This document shows positions 44,205 to 55,466 of a stretch of 64,000 nt of DNA, one piece after another. The stretch spans positions 800,001 through 864,000 of the forward strand of contig CAWBCJ010000029.1 of the NCBI GenBank assembly GCA_963787255.1, written 5' to 3'. Source of the DNA: Methanobacteriota archaeon. Lineage in GTDB: Archaea; Methanobacteriota; Methanobacteria; Methanobacteriales; Methanobacteriaceae. Within the stretch, counting starts at the first letter, position 1. Each line of letters starts with the position of its first letter. The notes under the pieces were generated by a model, which was given only the letters and a program-made list of their open reading frames with translations, was not told the origin of the DNA and ran no database searches. A program made the translations under genes and the position numbers.

Positions 44205-46028
44205 TTACTGATTTCTTTTATAAATTATCAAATCATCAATCCTATAAACGGGTTTATATGAAGTTAAATTCAATTCAGGCCTTATGCAAATATAATAATC
44301 TGCTTTACTGCTTTCTAATTCTTTATTATATTCTATATTATCTTGGGGGCTAACACTATATTTTTTAACTCCAAAGTAATAGACTCCGCCTTCTTGAAAT
44401 ATGGGCATTTTTTTTACATCTGTTTTTAAATGCCAGGCAGAAAATTGCCATAAATCTGAATAAATTACTTTTTCTTTATATTTTGGATCATAATTAATAA
44501 GCCATTTGTCTGCTTCTGCTGATTTTTCATTCAGGGATTTAATCCCTTTATTTTCTTCTTTAAATCCCTGAGTTTCTTCTTTAAGCCCATTTAGATAGGG
44601 CGAAACTGATGATAATGCTATAAATATTATATAGATCCCAATAATTGAAGATATTATAATTTTATTCCGATTTTTAAACTTTAAAGCATCTAAAATTGCG
44701 TTTATTCCCCAAACCATAAAATATGAAACTGCAGGGGCCATAATAATAAAATATCTACCTACTTTAATTGAATATACGCTATAAAATATGAAATAAGTCA
44801 TGAAAAATGAGAAAATCAGTAAATTCATATCAATATTTTTATTTTTTAGAGTCTTCAATAGTTCATAGGATACAAATAAAAGAATAAAAAAGATGAATAG
44901 ACTTTGTAAATAGGTTATATTGCCAAAAGTTTCAATAAATAACAGTAGTAATATTAAAAATATCACTGTTTTTATAATTTTAGATTTATTAGACTTTAGA
45001 GTGCAAAATGTTGGCCGTTCAGCTATTAGGGTCTTTATGGAACTATAAATCGCAATTCCGGATAATATAACTAAAATAACTTTAAAGATATTATATATTT
45101 CTTCACCAATGTATGAAGGAATTCCTTCAATATAATAATCTAAATTTGAATTATATGAATAATTATTGGGTGAAAATGAAGATCCTGTTACTCCAAAGGA
45201 TGCTAAGAACGGATAAAGGAAATTACCTGAATGCATCTGGAAAAAGATAAAAACAGGTATTATAATTAAAAGTGAAATAAAAATTCCAATCAACATATCA
45301 TTAATGTCTTTAAGTGAATCTCTATTTATTAAAATGTAGAAAGCTATAGGGAATATTATAAGTGCTGAATTGAATCTCATTAAGAATGCCAACATTATAA
45401 ATGGAAAAGCCAGATAGTAATACTTGGAATTGTTTTTAACTGCTATTACAGTAAAATAGAGTGCCCATATACAAAATGAAACGCTTGGAACATCAGTAAG
45501 CCCAAAGCCTGCAAAATTTAAAACAATAGGGAAAGTAGCATATAAAATACCGCCTAAGAAACTTAAAACCGTGTTAAAGCGGTGATTTAAAAGTAAAAAT
45601 AGTCCAATGGCTCCAAATATGAATAAAAAGCCATCTACAGCAAATATTACGGTTTCAGATATGTATCCCAATCTAAAGAAAATTGAAGTTAGAAAAGAAA
45701 GAAGTGGAGGTCTAACTAAATCAGAATATCCAGTATCCTTTCCAGCAAAGAGAAGGGCATTTGAAAGAAAATCATAAGTGTCCCATCCATGACCTAAATA
45801 TATTTGAATTTTAACTCTATAATATGTTATCAAACAAATAATCAGTATCAAAGCAAGTAGTAAAATGTATTTGCAGGCATTATGCTTTGTATTCGTTAAT
45901 AAATTTTTTTTAATGTTATCACCAGATTTAGTGGAGAATGTAAGTTTTAAATTTATGTTGAATCTAACTGGGTTATTTTTTTTTATGAATTCAAGTAAAT
46001 TAAAAAGATTTAACATATTTTTAAACAT
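44205..46028 (-). CDS. GT39/PMT-like (GT-C) membrane glycosyltransferase (true start probably near 45914)
   Basis: WDTYDFL, RPPLL, TDVPS, AFLMRF, KVGRYF; many TM helices. Confidence 0.8.
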   Translation of the reverse strand: MFKNMLNLFNLLEFIKKNNPVRFNINLKLTFSTKSGDNIKKNLLTNTKHNACKYILLLALILIICLITYYRVKIQIYLGHGWDTYDFLSNALLFAGKDTGYSDLVRPPLLSFLTSIFFRLGYISETVIFAVDGFLFIFGAIGLFLLLNHRFNTVLSFLGGILYATFPIVLNFAGFGLTDVPSVSFCIWALYFTVIAVKNNSKYYYLAFPFIMLAFLMRFNSALIIFPIAFYILINRDSLKDINDMLIGIFISLLIIIPVFIFFQMHSGNFLYPFLASFGVTGSSFSPNNYSYNSNLDYYIEGIPSYIGEEIYNIFKVILVILSGIAIYSSIKTLIAERPTFCTLKSNKSKIIKTVIFLILLLLFIETFGNITYLQSLFIFFILLFVSYELLKTLKNKNIDMNLLIFSFFMTYFIFYSVYSIKVGRYFIIMAPAVSYFMVWGINAILDALKFKNRNKIIISSIIGIYIIFIALSSVSPYLNGLKEETQGFKEENKGIKSLNEKSAEADKWLINYDPKYKEKVIYSDLWQFSAWHLKTDVKKMPIFQEGGVYYFGVKKYSVSPQDNIEYNKELESSKADYYICIRPELNLTSYKPVYRIDDLIIYKRNQ

Positions 46029-46237
46029 TAAATTAGCAGCGTATTAAACTTTATAAATTTAGAATTGTGATTTGATTATTAATACTGATTTAATAGGTAT
46101 AATATCCGCTTACATTATATTATATAAATAAGTGATCTTACCATAATTGAATCTATTTGAATTTTTAAGAGTAATGCATGTTTAATTAATACAGCTTAGA
46201 TTCAACAAAGGCAAATTTTTTTTATAATTTTGATTCA

Positions 46238-46792
46238 TTAAAGCTTTTTTAGATTCTTTTGGGGGTCCTTAAAATAAATTTCTTCATTCATTCTTGGAAT
46301 CATTGCTGTTAGAATGCACTGCTCTGTATTTTCAGTCCTATCAAGTAATCCTTTTGATAAATAACTGACAGCACCTGCCTTCTGGCCAAGATTATCCACA
46401 CCAGTCACTTTATCCATAACATCTCCCACTTCAACACCCTTTAAGACTTCATTAATTACAATTGGAGGATATTCAAATCCGGAACTTACTCCAAGGGTTA
46501 TTTCTTCTCCATCAAAAACTGCACACCACTGTAAATCAATATAACCTGTAATTGAATTCATTATTTCCATTAATCCTGATTCAATACCTATACTTAAGTC
46601 AAAATCATTAGAATATGCATTTTTGGCTCTGTTAACTGCTCCTTGAATAGTTTCGTCCTTACCAAAAGGTTGAGGGGGTACTTCAGAGTCAACTTCAACT
46701 CCGGTAACATTTACTTCTCCGTAAATCTTTAAAAGAACATTTCGAGCGGCATTAATCTTTACTGGATTTTTTGATCCAACAACAACTTTCAT
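46238..46792 (-). CDS. yjjX: Inosine/xanthosine triphosphatase YjjX
   Basis: VGSKNPVK, QPFG..ETIQGAVNRA, GIESG, GAVSYLS..R. Confidence 0.92.
   Translation of the reverse strand: MKVVVGSKNPVKINAARNVLLKIYGEVNVTGVEVDSEVPPQPFGKDETIQGAVNRAKNAYSNDFDLSIGIESGLMEIMNSITGYIDLQWCAVFDGEEITLGVSSGFEYPPIVINEVLKGVEVGDVMDKVTGVDNLGQKAGAVSYLSKGLLDRTENTEQCILTAMIPRMNEEIYFKDPQKNLKKL
46347..46368 (+). repeat. 22-bp direct repeat, right copy (inside yjjX)
   Basis: Identical to 37950-37971. Confidence 0.9.
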
Positions 46793-46840
46793 GTTATCTG
46801 CCTTTTATGAATTGTAAACAATGAAAATATTTAACTAAGC

Positions 46841-47302
46841 TTAAGAGGAATTTTTGAGTACTTTCCCGTTTCTGTCTATTTCTCCATTCCTTATTCTAGT
46901 TGAAGAAATTGGTTTGCCGTCATCTGCCAGCACCCAATCAATAATGAAAATTTCAAGGGGGTCCATACTTTTTTCTTGTCTTATTTTGTTAATTTTATCT
47001 GCAGTTGGTTTTGTTTCTCTACTTACTACTATTGCATCTATCTTTGAATCGTGAATTGTTGGACCGTATGGTTCTTCTAATTTTTTGACAATATATCTTG
47101 AATTGAATTTCTGCAAGAACTCTTCTAGTCTGGAAATTCTTTTTGAGCAGTGGTCAATATTGCCTTTTTTCCCTCCAAATTCGTCGGATGTAACTCCAAT
47201 TAGCACATTGTCACCAATATTAAATGCTTCGTTTAGCAATTTCTCGTGGCCTTTATGAAATCGGTCAAATGTTCCTCCAACTGCTACGTTTTTAAATTTC
47301 AT
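46841..47302 (-). CDS. coaD: Archaeal phosphopantetheine adenylyltransferase
   Basis: VGGTFDRFHKGH, GVTSD, IVVSRET, ISSTRIR. Confidence 0.93.
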   Translation of the reverse strand: MKFKNVAVGGTFDRFHKGHEKLLNEAFNIGDNVLIGVTSDEFGGKKGNIDHCSKRISRLEEFLQKFNSRYIVKKLEEPYGPTIHDSKIDAIVVSRETKPTADKINKIRQEKSMDPLEIFIIDWVLADDGKPISSTRIRNGEIDRNGKVLKNSS

Positions 47303-47438
47303 TTAATTTACTCTTTTATTTTTTATATAGTTATTGTAAATCGATATTGATTGTTATTTGAGTAATTATAGTGCTTTATCCGGTTTTGAAAAAATGTTTA
47401 GATATTATTTTATTATAACTTAAATCAAATTATAAATT

Positions 47439-48991
47439 ATGCTTGTTGAGCAAAATGTGGTGATAAAGGATCCTAGAAAAGTGGATTTAAGGTTTGCATC
47501 TTGTTATCCTAACCTTTATAAAGCAGCAATGTCTTCACTTGGTTTTCATATTATATATGATTTCCTAAATTCAAGGGAAGATGTTTACTGCGAGAGGGTG
47601 GTTTATCCCTACTTTGAAAGTTTAGAGTCCAATTCAAGGCTTTCTGATTTTGATATAGTTGGATTTTCACTGCAGTATGAACAGGACTATTTTAATGTTT
47701 TGAAAATGTTGAGCAAGGCTAAAATTGAGATTAGAAAAGAAAATAGAACCATAGATGATCCGTTTATTATTGCTGGAGGGCCATGTGCAAGCTCAAATCC
47801 CCTGCCAATGAGCAAATTCATTGATCTTTTCATTGTAGGTGAAGCAGAGGAAATTCTAGATGAAGTACTGGATACCTATATGGAACTTGATGATCCAAAA
47901 AAGGAAATTGAAGCATTTTTGGATATAAAAGGAGTTTATATTCCAGATAATCCTGTAAAAATGGCTGTTGTTGAAGATATGGATAATGCATGGCATCCTG
48001 TAAGACAGGTTGTTCCAAAAACAGATGATAAGAGATTTATACCTGCATTTGGAGAAGCATTTCTGCTTGGAGTTTCTCGAGGCTGTACCCGGGGCTGCAG
48101 GTTCTGCATGGCGGGCTGTATTTACCGACCGAGAAGAGAAACATCTTTAAAAAAGTTATTTGATGATTGCTGAGAAAGGGTAGAAAAGCGACTGGGCTAA
48201 ATAAGATTGCTTTAATTGGTACGGATGTTTCAGGGTACTCTAAAATAGAAGAATTGTGCCAAGGACTGATGGAACGGGGTTTTAAGGTTACAAGTCCTTC
48301 TTTGAGGATTGAGGCTATTACGGATAATTTAATTGATATTTTAGGGAGTAGTGGGCTTAAAACCATAACCATAGCTCCTGAAGCTACATGGCGGCTTAGA
48401 AAAGTTTTAAATAAACCGATTAGTGATGAACAGATTTTTGAAGTCATGAAAATGGCGTTTAAAAGAAAAATGAATGTTAAGTTGTATTTTTTAGTGGGAT
48501 TACCTTTAGAAACAATGGATGATATTCATGAAATGGTTGATTATATAAAGACCCTCAATAAAATGAGTAAACGAAAAAATGCGGTTAGAATTAGTATAAA
48601 TCCGTTTATTCCAAAGCCTCATACTCCATTTCAATGGGAAAAATTTGATTATCAGGATTTGAAATTAAAATTTGATTATCTAAACAAAAATTTGAAAAAA
48701 GTTAATTTAAAGATTGAAGATTTAGAATTAGCATATATTCAGCACTTATTATCAATTGGAAACGCTGAAATAGGGGATATAATAGAAAGAACTTACTCTA
48801 AGAAAAATAAATTTAGAGAATGGAAAGAGATAGTTATTAAATGGGATTTAGCAGATGAATTACCTTGGAAAAATATAGATGTGGGTATTAGGCATGAATT
48901 TTTAAAACAGGAGTATCAAAAAGCTATGAATGGTGAGATTACTCCTTGGTGTGAAACTTTTGGATGTTATAAGTGTGGTGCATGTCAATAA
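47439..48991 (+). CDS. B12-binding-like radical SAM protein (frameshift near 48168)
   Basis: YPN.Y..AMSSLG, AGGP, SRGCTRGCRFC, APE, FIPKPHTPFQ, terminal C..CGAC split over two abutting ORFs. Confidence 0.85.
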
Positions 48992-49038
48992 TAATTTTTT
49001 TGGTTACATTAAAGTGTTTTTGTTTTATATTTATGAAT

Positions 49039-50442
49039 TTAGCTTCTTATTCTTCTTACAATATGATAAAGCCTTCTCAATAGATATCCGAGGAACACTT
49101 GTCTAAATCTGACCCATTGGCTTATAAATGCTTCTCTTGAAGTGACGTCCTCAATAACATCTCTGATTTCTTCTTTTGGTGAGAATTTCCAGTAAATAGG
49201 AATACCCACAGCTATTAAAACTGTTCCAATAAGTATTTGGTTTATATTACATTGTGACATGATATAAATACTGATTATTACTCCGATTACGGGAGTTATG
49301 GTTGGAACCTTTATAACTTTTTTATATTTTTTTCTTAGAGGAAAAACAGAGAGACATGTAATTAAATAACAGAAAAGAATGGTAAATACTGATAAAATAA
49401 TTAATTGACTGATATTTCCAAGAATTGAAGCTATAAGTGCAGTTGAAGCTATGAAAATAATTGAAACATAAGGAGTTTCATATTTGGGATGTAGTTTAGC
49501 AAAGATTTTTGGAAGCAACCCATCTCCTGCCATTGCATAAGGAAGTCGTGTGCTTGATAAAATTCCGGCTTCATCTGATCCTGCAATCGAAAAAAGCGCA
49601 CCTGCTGTGATGATGGTAGCTCCTATGGCTCCCAAGAGCCCATATCCTGCAAGTGCAAGGGGGGCAGAGGATGTGGATAGTTGTTCCCAGGGAACAATTC
49701 CTAAGATTACAAAATTTGTAACAACATAGAAAAGTGCAATTACGCCCATACCGAGTATTATAGCTCGAGGAATGGTCTTTTTTGAGTTTTCAATTTCGTC
49801 TGAAGGAACTGTTACAAGTTCAAAACCGACATAAGCCCAGAATATTAAAACAATTGCACTTCCAAGACCGTTAAGCCCTAATGGTAGGAAAGGAGTATAA
49901 TTTGATATTAATACTGGCGGATTTATTATAAAATATACAATTCCAATAATTGTTAATATTATTATTGGGGTAACCTTGATTATGGTTAAAATGTCATTTA
50001 TTATCCCTGCATCCTTGACTCCCACATAATTTATAAAAGCTAAAAATAAAACAAATATAATCTTTACAATAATCTGAAGTATGACGGGCATATTTGGGAA
50101 AAAATATAGTAGATAGGCAACAAATGCTAGTGGAAACACAGCTAACGCGCTCCATGCGGCAATTAAGAGCGACCATCCAGCTAAAAATCCAACAAAGTTT
50201 CCAAAAGCGTCTTTTGCGTAAACATAAGGGCCTCCTGCTTTTGGAAGGATAGAAGAACATTCAGCAAAAGATAATGCAATGAAAATGGCCATTAAACCTG
50301 CAATTGCCCATGCAATTAAAGATGCAGGCCCTAAAAACCCTGCACCGAATGAAGCGGCAATATAAATGTCTGCACCGACTATGGTTCCAACCACTAAATT
50401 TATAACGTCAAAAAGACTGAGCTTTCGCTTTAATTGGGCCAT
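49039..50442 (-). CDS. APC-family amino acid permease
   Basis: GTIVGADIY, AGGPYVY, WAYVGFE, RLPYAMAGDGLLP; about 12 TM. Confidence 0.92.
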   Translation of the reverse strand: MAQLKRKLSLFDVINLVVGTIVGADIYIAASFGAGFLGPASLIAWAIAGLMAIFIALSFAECSSILPKAGGPYVYAKDAFGNFVGFLAGWSLLIAAWSALAVFPLAFVAYLLYFFPNMPVILQIIVKIIFVLFLAFINYVGVKDAGIINDILTIIKVTPIIILTIIGIVYFIINPPVLISNYTPFLPLGLNGLGSAIVLIFWAYVGFELVTVPSDEIENSKKTIPRAIILGMGVIALFYVVTNFVILGIVPWEQLSTSSAPLALAGYGLLGAIGATIITAGALFSIAGSDEAGILSSTRLPYAMAGDGLLPKIFAKLHPKYETPYVSIIFIASTALIASILGNISQLIILSVFTILFCYLITCLSVFPLRKKYKKVIKVPTITPVIGVIISIYIMSQCNINQILIGTVLIAVGIPIYWKFSPKEEIRDVIEDVTSREAFISQWVRFRQVFLGYLLRRLYHIVRRIRS

Positions 50443-50489
50443 GGCATCATTTATGTAATTTATTATTAAAAAAACTAATGGTAATAATC

Positions 50490-51605
50490 ATGTTTCAACC
50501 AGCAAAAAGATGTAAATCCATACAACTTTCAGAAATACGCAAAATGTTTGATCTAACACCGGAAAATGCTATTAATCTCAGTTTGGGCGAACCCGATTTT
50601 GACACCCCCCTACATATTAGAGATGCTGTTAAAAAAGCTTTAGACGATGGTTTTACTCATTATACTTCAAATAAAGGTATTCTGGAACTTAGAGAAGCCA
50701 TATCTTGCAAGCTTGCAGATGAAAATAAAATAGATGCAGATCCAGAATCTATAATTGTAACAGTTGGAGCAAGTGAAGCGCTCCATATCAGCCTTCAAGC
50801 CTTAATAAATAAAGGTGACGAAGTTCTAATCCCTGATCCGGGATTTTTATCCTATGATCCCTGTGTAAAGCTTGCAGAAGGTAAAATGGTGCCCGTTGGT
50901 CTTCAAGAAGAAAACGAATTTCGAATGACTTCAGATGACGTGCTTGAAAAGATAACCAGTAAAACAAAAGCAATAATTTTGAATTCTCCTGCAAATCCAA
51001 CAGGCAGCGTAATGAAAAAGGAAGATGTAAAAGGTATTGCTGAAATTGCAGAAGATAAAAATATATTTTTAATATCTGACGAGATTTATGAGAAAATAAT
51101 CTATGAAGGAAAGCATTACAGCCCGGGAAGATACACTGAAAATGCAATAACTATAAACGGCTTTTCCAAGACTTATGCAATGACTGGCTTTAGAATAGGA
51201 TATGTGGCTGCAAGATCTGAGTTAATTGAAGAAATGTTGAAGATTCACCAGTATAATGCTGCGTGTGCAAGTTCTTTGTCTCAAATAGCAGGATTGGAAG
51301 CATTAAATGGTCCGCAAGATTGTGTTGGTGAAATGCTCGGTGAATTTAGGAGAAGAAGAGACTTTGTAGTTAAAAGATTGAATGAAATGGGAATTAAAAT
51401 CAAAGCACCTAGAGGGGCATTTTATGTATTTCCAGGAATTCATAATTCGGTGGAATTTGTTAATAAAGCCATTAAAGCGGGTGTTGTGATTGTTAACGGT
51501 TCGAGCTTTGGAAAATTAGGTGAGGGCTATTTCAGGATATCGTATGCTGCGTCATACGAAAAATTAGTTGAAGCAATGAACAGATTAGAGGCCATTAATA
51601 TTTGA
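50490..51605 (+). CDS. Class I/II PLP aminotransferase (aspartate aminotransferase-like)
   Basis: GEPDF, NSPANPTG, SDEIY, SKTYAMTGFRIG. Confidence 0.93.
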   Translation: MFQPAKRCKSIQLSEIRKMFDLTPENAINLSLGEPDFDTPLHIRDAVKKALDDGFTHYTSNKGILELREAISCKLADENKIDADPESIIVTVGASEALHISLQALINKGDEVLIPDPGFLSYDPCVKLAEGKMVPVGLQEENEFRMTSDDVLEKITSKTKAIILNSPANPTGSVMKKEDVKGIAEIAEDKNIFLISDEIYEKIIYEGKHYSPGRYTENAITINGFSKTYAMTGFRIGYVAARSELIEEMLKIHQYNAACASSLSQIAGLEALNGPQDCVGEMLGEFRRRRDFVVKRLNEMGIKIKAPRGAFYVFPGIHNSVEFVNKAIKAGVVIVNGSSFGKLGEGYFRISYAASYEKLVEAMNRLEAINI

Positions 51606-51661
51606 TCATGAATTAAATTTCATTTAACCAATAAAAAACAAATTATAAGGGAGAAAATTTA

Positions 51662-52240
51662 ATGTCAGAGGAAAATAAACTTGGGGAAAAAATCAGGCAA
51701 ATAAGAGAAAACCATGAAATGTCTGTTGAAGAACTGGCAAATCAAAGCCAGTGCAGTAGTAAAATTATAGAAAACATTGAAAGCGGAGAATTAATTCCAT
51801 CACTTACGCCGCTTATTAAGATTGCGAGAGCTTTAGGGGTACGTTTAGGCACTTTCCTCGATGATGCCCCTCAAACAGGGCCTGTAATAGTTAAAGCAGG
51901 TAAATCTGAACAAGTTATACACTTTTCAGGAAAGGAAGATCATCCGGATGTAAGTGCCCTTGATTTTTATCCGCTGGCATCAGGAAAGGCCGATAGGCAT
52001 ATGGAACCTTTTATCATTGATGTTCATCCACATGAGACAGAAGACTATAAATTATCTTCTCATGAAGGTGAAGAATTCATTTATGTTATGGATGGGGAAA
52101 TTGAGATATTATATGGTCAGGATAGTTATATTGTTTCAAATGGAGACAGTATTTATTATGACTCAATCGTACCTCATGACCTTCATGCATATGGTGGAAA
52201 AGATGCAAAAATCCTTGCAGTTGTATATACTCCATTTTAA
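51662..52240 (+). CDS. XRE-family HTH-cupin transcriptional regulator
   Basis: N-terminal [23 protein letters not shown]. Confidence 0.92.
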   Translation: MSEENKLGEKIRQIRENHEMSVEELANQSQCSSKIIENIESGELIPSLTPLIKIARALGVRLGTFLDDAPQTGPVIVKAGKSEQVIHFSGKEDHPDVSALDFYPLASGKADRHMEPFIIDVHPHETEDYKLSSHEGEEFIYVMDGEIEILYGQDSYIVSNGDSIYYDSIVPHDLHAYGGKDAKILAVVYTPF

Positions 52241-52271
52241 CCAATATTAAAAATTAGGAGAGAAATTATAA

Positions 52272-52683
52272 ATGTTCATAGAAACAGTTACACCACGATT
52301 CGGAGATGCAGATGGACTTCGCCATATAAACAACATAGCACTTGTAGAATGGTTTGAAGTTGGAAGAAATCCAATATTTCGAATGTTTACACCAGATCTT
52401 GACTTTAAGTTATGAAAAATGGAAATTAATTCTTGTTAGAACTGAATTTGACTATATTGGTCAGATGTACTATGGAAGAGATGTAGAAATAAGAAATTAT
52501 ATAACCCATATCGGAAATTCATCTTTTACTATAGGGCATGAAGCATGGCAGGATGGAGAACTTAAAGCTAAAGGAAAAGCCGTAATTGTACACTACGATT
52601 TTATAAATCAAAAGTCTATGCCAATTCCAGATACAATAAGAGCTCAACTTGAGGATCATTTAATAATTGAAGACAATAAATAA
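52272..52683 (+). CDS. Acyl-CoA thioesterase (4HBT-like), frameshift near 52405
   Basis: MFIETVTPRFGDADGLRHINN..WFEVGR joins SYEKWKLILV..IGNSSF after removing one T. Confidence 0.85.
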
Positions 52684-52702
52684 TAATGAAATGGGGATTT
52701 AA

Positions 52703-54361
52703 ATGCTTTTTACACAAGATACAATTGGAGATTTCCTTGAAAAAATAGTTGAAAAAGATCCAGATAGAGAATTTATGGTTTATCCAGATAGGGATCTTCG
52801 TTTCACTTATAAAGAATTCAATGAACGAGTAGATATGCTTGCAAAGGGCTTGCTTTCAATTGGAATTACTAAAGGCGATCATGTAGGAATTTGGGCATTA
52901 AATGTTCCGGATTGGATTACATTCTTATTCGCTACTGCAAAAATTGGGGCAGTTCTTGTAACAGTTAATACTGCTTATAAAAGTCATGAACTGGATTATG
53001 TTTTAAAACAGTCAGATATGAAAGCCCTTGCAATAACAGAGGGATTCAGGGATGTCAATTACTTAAATGTATTATATGAACTTGTTCCCGAACTTAAAAC
53101 AAGTAATAGAGGTAATTTAAAAAGCAATGAATATCCCTGCCTCAAAAGTGTAATCTACATTGGTCAGGAAAAACATCGTGGACTATATAATACTAATGAA
53201 CTGCTACTACTTGGTAAGCATACCGACGATAACAAGCTTTTAAATGCTAAAAAAACATTTGACAGTGATGATGTAGTATGTATGCAATATACATCAGGAA
53301 CAACAGGGTTTCCAAAAGGAGTAATGCTTACACACAAAAATATCATTAACAATGGATATTACATTGGTGAGAACCTAAAATACACCGAAGAAGATAGATT
53401 ATGTCTTACTGTACCAATGTTCCACTGTTTTGGAGTTACCTTAGGGCTTATGGCAATATATACTCATGGTGCAACACTTGTAATGCTTGAACAATTCGAT
53501 CCTCTCATGGTTCTTGCAGCGGTCCAAAAAGAGAAATGTACTGCACTTTATGGTGTTCCAACAATGTTTATTGCGGAATATACTCACCCAATGTTCGATA
53601 TGTTTGATTTATCATCACTTAGAACTGGAATAATGGCAGGTTCCACATGTCCAATAGAGGCCATGAAGAAAGTGGTTAATGACATGAACATGGCAGAAAT
53701 AACCAGCGTCTATGGCTTAACTGAAGGTTCACCCGGATTTACTCAGACAAGCGTTGATGATCCTCTTGAACTAAGAGTTGAAACTGTAGGAAGAAATCTG
53801 CCTAATTGTGAAATTAAAGTTGTTGATCCAGAAACTGGTGAAACTGTTGGCCCGGGAGAAGTAGGTGAAATTTGCAGTAGAGGCTACAATGTCATGAAAG
53901 GTTACTATAAAATGCCCGATAAAACTGCAGAAGCAATTGATGAAGGTGGATGGCTTCACAGTGGTGATTTAGTTACTATGGATGAAAATGGATACTACAC
54001 TGTTGTAGGGAGAATTAAAGATATGATCATTCGTGGTGGAGAAAACATTTATCCTCGTGAAATTGAAGAATTCTACTATACAATGCCTGGAATTAAAGAT
54101 GTGCAGGTTGTAGGGATTCCTGATGATAAATACGGTGAAATTGTTGGCGCATTTATAATACTTGATAATGATGTTGATATCTGCGAAGAAGATGTTAGAG
54201 ATTTTGGAATTGAAAGAATAGCACGTTATAAAGTACCAAAACATGTTTTCTTTGTGGATGAGTTTCCACTTACTGCAAGTGGTAAAATTCAGAAATTTAA
54301 AATGCGTGAAGATGCAGTCGAATTCCTTAAAAAGAAACTTACAGAAGAAGAAGAGATTTAA
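52703..54361 (+). CDS. AMP-dependent acyl-CoA synthetase
   Basis: [41 protein letters not shown]. Confidence 0.95.
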   Translation: MLFTQDTIGDFLEKIVEKDPDREFMVYPDRDLRFTYKEFNERVDMLAKGLLSIGITKGDHVGIWALNVPDWITFLFATAKIGAVLVTVNTAYKSHELDYVLKQSDMKALAITEGFRDVNYLNVLYELVPELKTSNRGNLKSNEYPCLKSVIYIGQEKHRGLYNTNELLLLGKHTDDNKLLNAKKTFDSDDVVCMQYTSGTTGFPKGVMLTHKNIINNGYYIGENLKYTEEDRLCLTVPMFHCFGVTLGLMAIYTHGATLVMLEQFDPLMVLAAVQKEKCTALYGVPTMFIAEYTHPMFDMFDLSSLRTGIMAGSTCPIEAMKKVVNDMNMAEITSVYGLTEGSPGFTQTSVDDPLELRVETVGRNLPNCEIKVVDPETGETVGPGEVGEICSRGYNVMKGYYKMPDKTAEAIDEGGWLHSGDLVTMDENGYYTVVGRIKDMIIRGGENIYPREIEEFYYTMPGIKDVQVVGIPDDKYGEIVGAFIILDNDVDICEEDVRDFGIERIARYKVPKHVFFVDEFPLTASGKIQKFKMREDAVEFLKKKLTEEEEI

Positions 54362-54462
54362 TCATTTTTAAAATCTAATTTCTTTATTTTTTTCATTTTT
54401 CACAGGATTAATTCAAAACAAATAAATACATATAAAATTAAACTTTTCCATTACTTTCTTTT

Positions 54463-55377
54463 ATGGGGGCTTTTAATCTGGATATTGAAGAGCGAAAGAA
54501 ATTGGGCCGAAGGGCAGTATTCACGGCCATATTCGGAAATATTGGACTAACTATTTTCAATTTCGCTGTTGGAATTTTATCTGGAAGTACTGCACTTATT
54601 GCAGAATCAGCCCATACATTCTCTGACATTTTAACATCTACAATTACCTTCGTTGGATTTAGAATAAGCTTAAAACCACCAGACAGGCTTCATCCCTATG
54701 GTCATGGCCGTGCAGAACCTTTGGTAGGGCTTGTAATAGTTGTTTTTCTTGGAATCATTGCCTTTGAGATATTTTCTGAGGTTTATAAAAAAATCTTTTT
54801 AGGAGGTCCAATAACTCCTCCAGAAACAATAGCAGCGGGCATGGCACTTGTAGGTGTTTTTGTTAATTTAATAATGACCAATTATATGATGAAAACGGGT
54901 AAAAAAATAAACAGCCCGGCCATAATAGCAGATGCAAAACATCAGAAAGTGGACATATTTTCCAGTGCAGCCATTTTTGTGGGTGTAATCGGTGCACAGT
55001 TAGGATTTCCTATTTTAGACCCAATAGTGGCCATTTTTATAGCTATAATGGTTTTAAAGACAGCCTTTGATGTTGGAAGAGAAAATATAAATAATATATT
55101 GGGGACAGTGCCTTCAAAAGAAATTATAGACAATATTAAAGACTGAGCATTATCAGTTAATGGAGTTTTGGGCATTCATAATGTTAGAATAAATTATTTA
55201 GGACCTTATGCATCGGTAGAACTCCATGTTACTGTTGCGGAGGATTTAAGCTTAAAAGAAGCGCATGTAATAGCGCATAATGTTGAAGAAAAGATAGTTA
55301 AAGATGTTGAAGTTGTATCAATGGTTACAGTTCATGTTTGTCCTGATGGAGAAGATGATGAATTTTGTTTGGACTAA
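54463..55377 (+). CDS. Cation diffusion facilitator transporter with in-frame TGA at 55144-55146
   Basis: AESAHTFSD, HPYGHGRAE, ADAKHQKVD; C-terminal domain (EAH.IAH, VHVCP) in the same frame after TGA. Confidence 0.85.
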
Positions 55378-55466
55378 TCTTTTTACTAAACAATTCTTTT
55401 TGGAAATATAAATTATAGAAATTAATTCCAGTATATTATTTATTTATTTTAAAACTAATTTATAAC

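Larger units (their letters stand above)
37950..46368. mobile_element. Putative glycosylation island inserted in yjjX (no integrase seen)
   Basis: Bounded by 22-bp direct repeats within yjjX sequence, displaced yjjX 3' end outside the left repeat, AT-rich GT cargo. Confidence 0.5.

Noticed and set aside
47439-48991. Programmed frameshift or true two-gene split of the radical SAM protein
   Set aside because: The break falls inside the radical SAM barrel with no clear slippery site or hairpin, and fits the window-wide indel error pattern.
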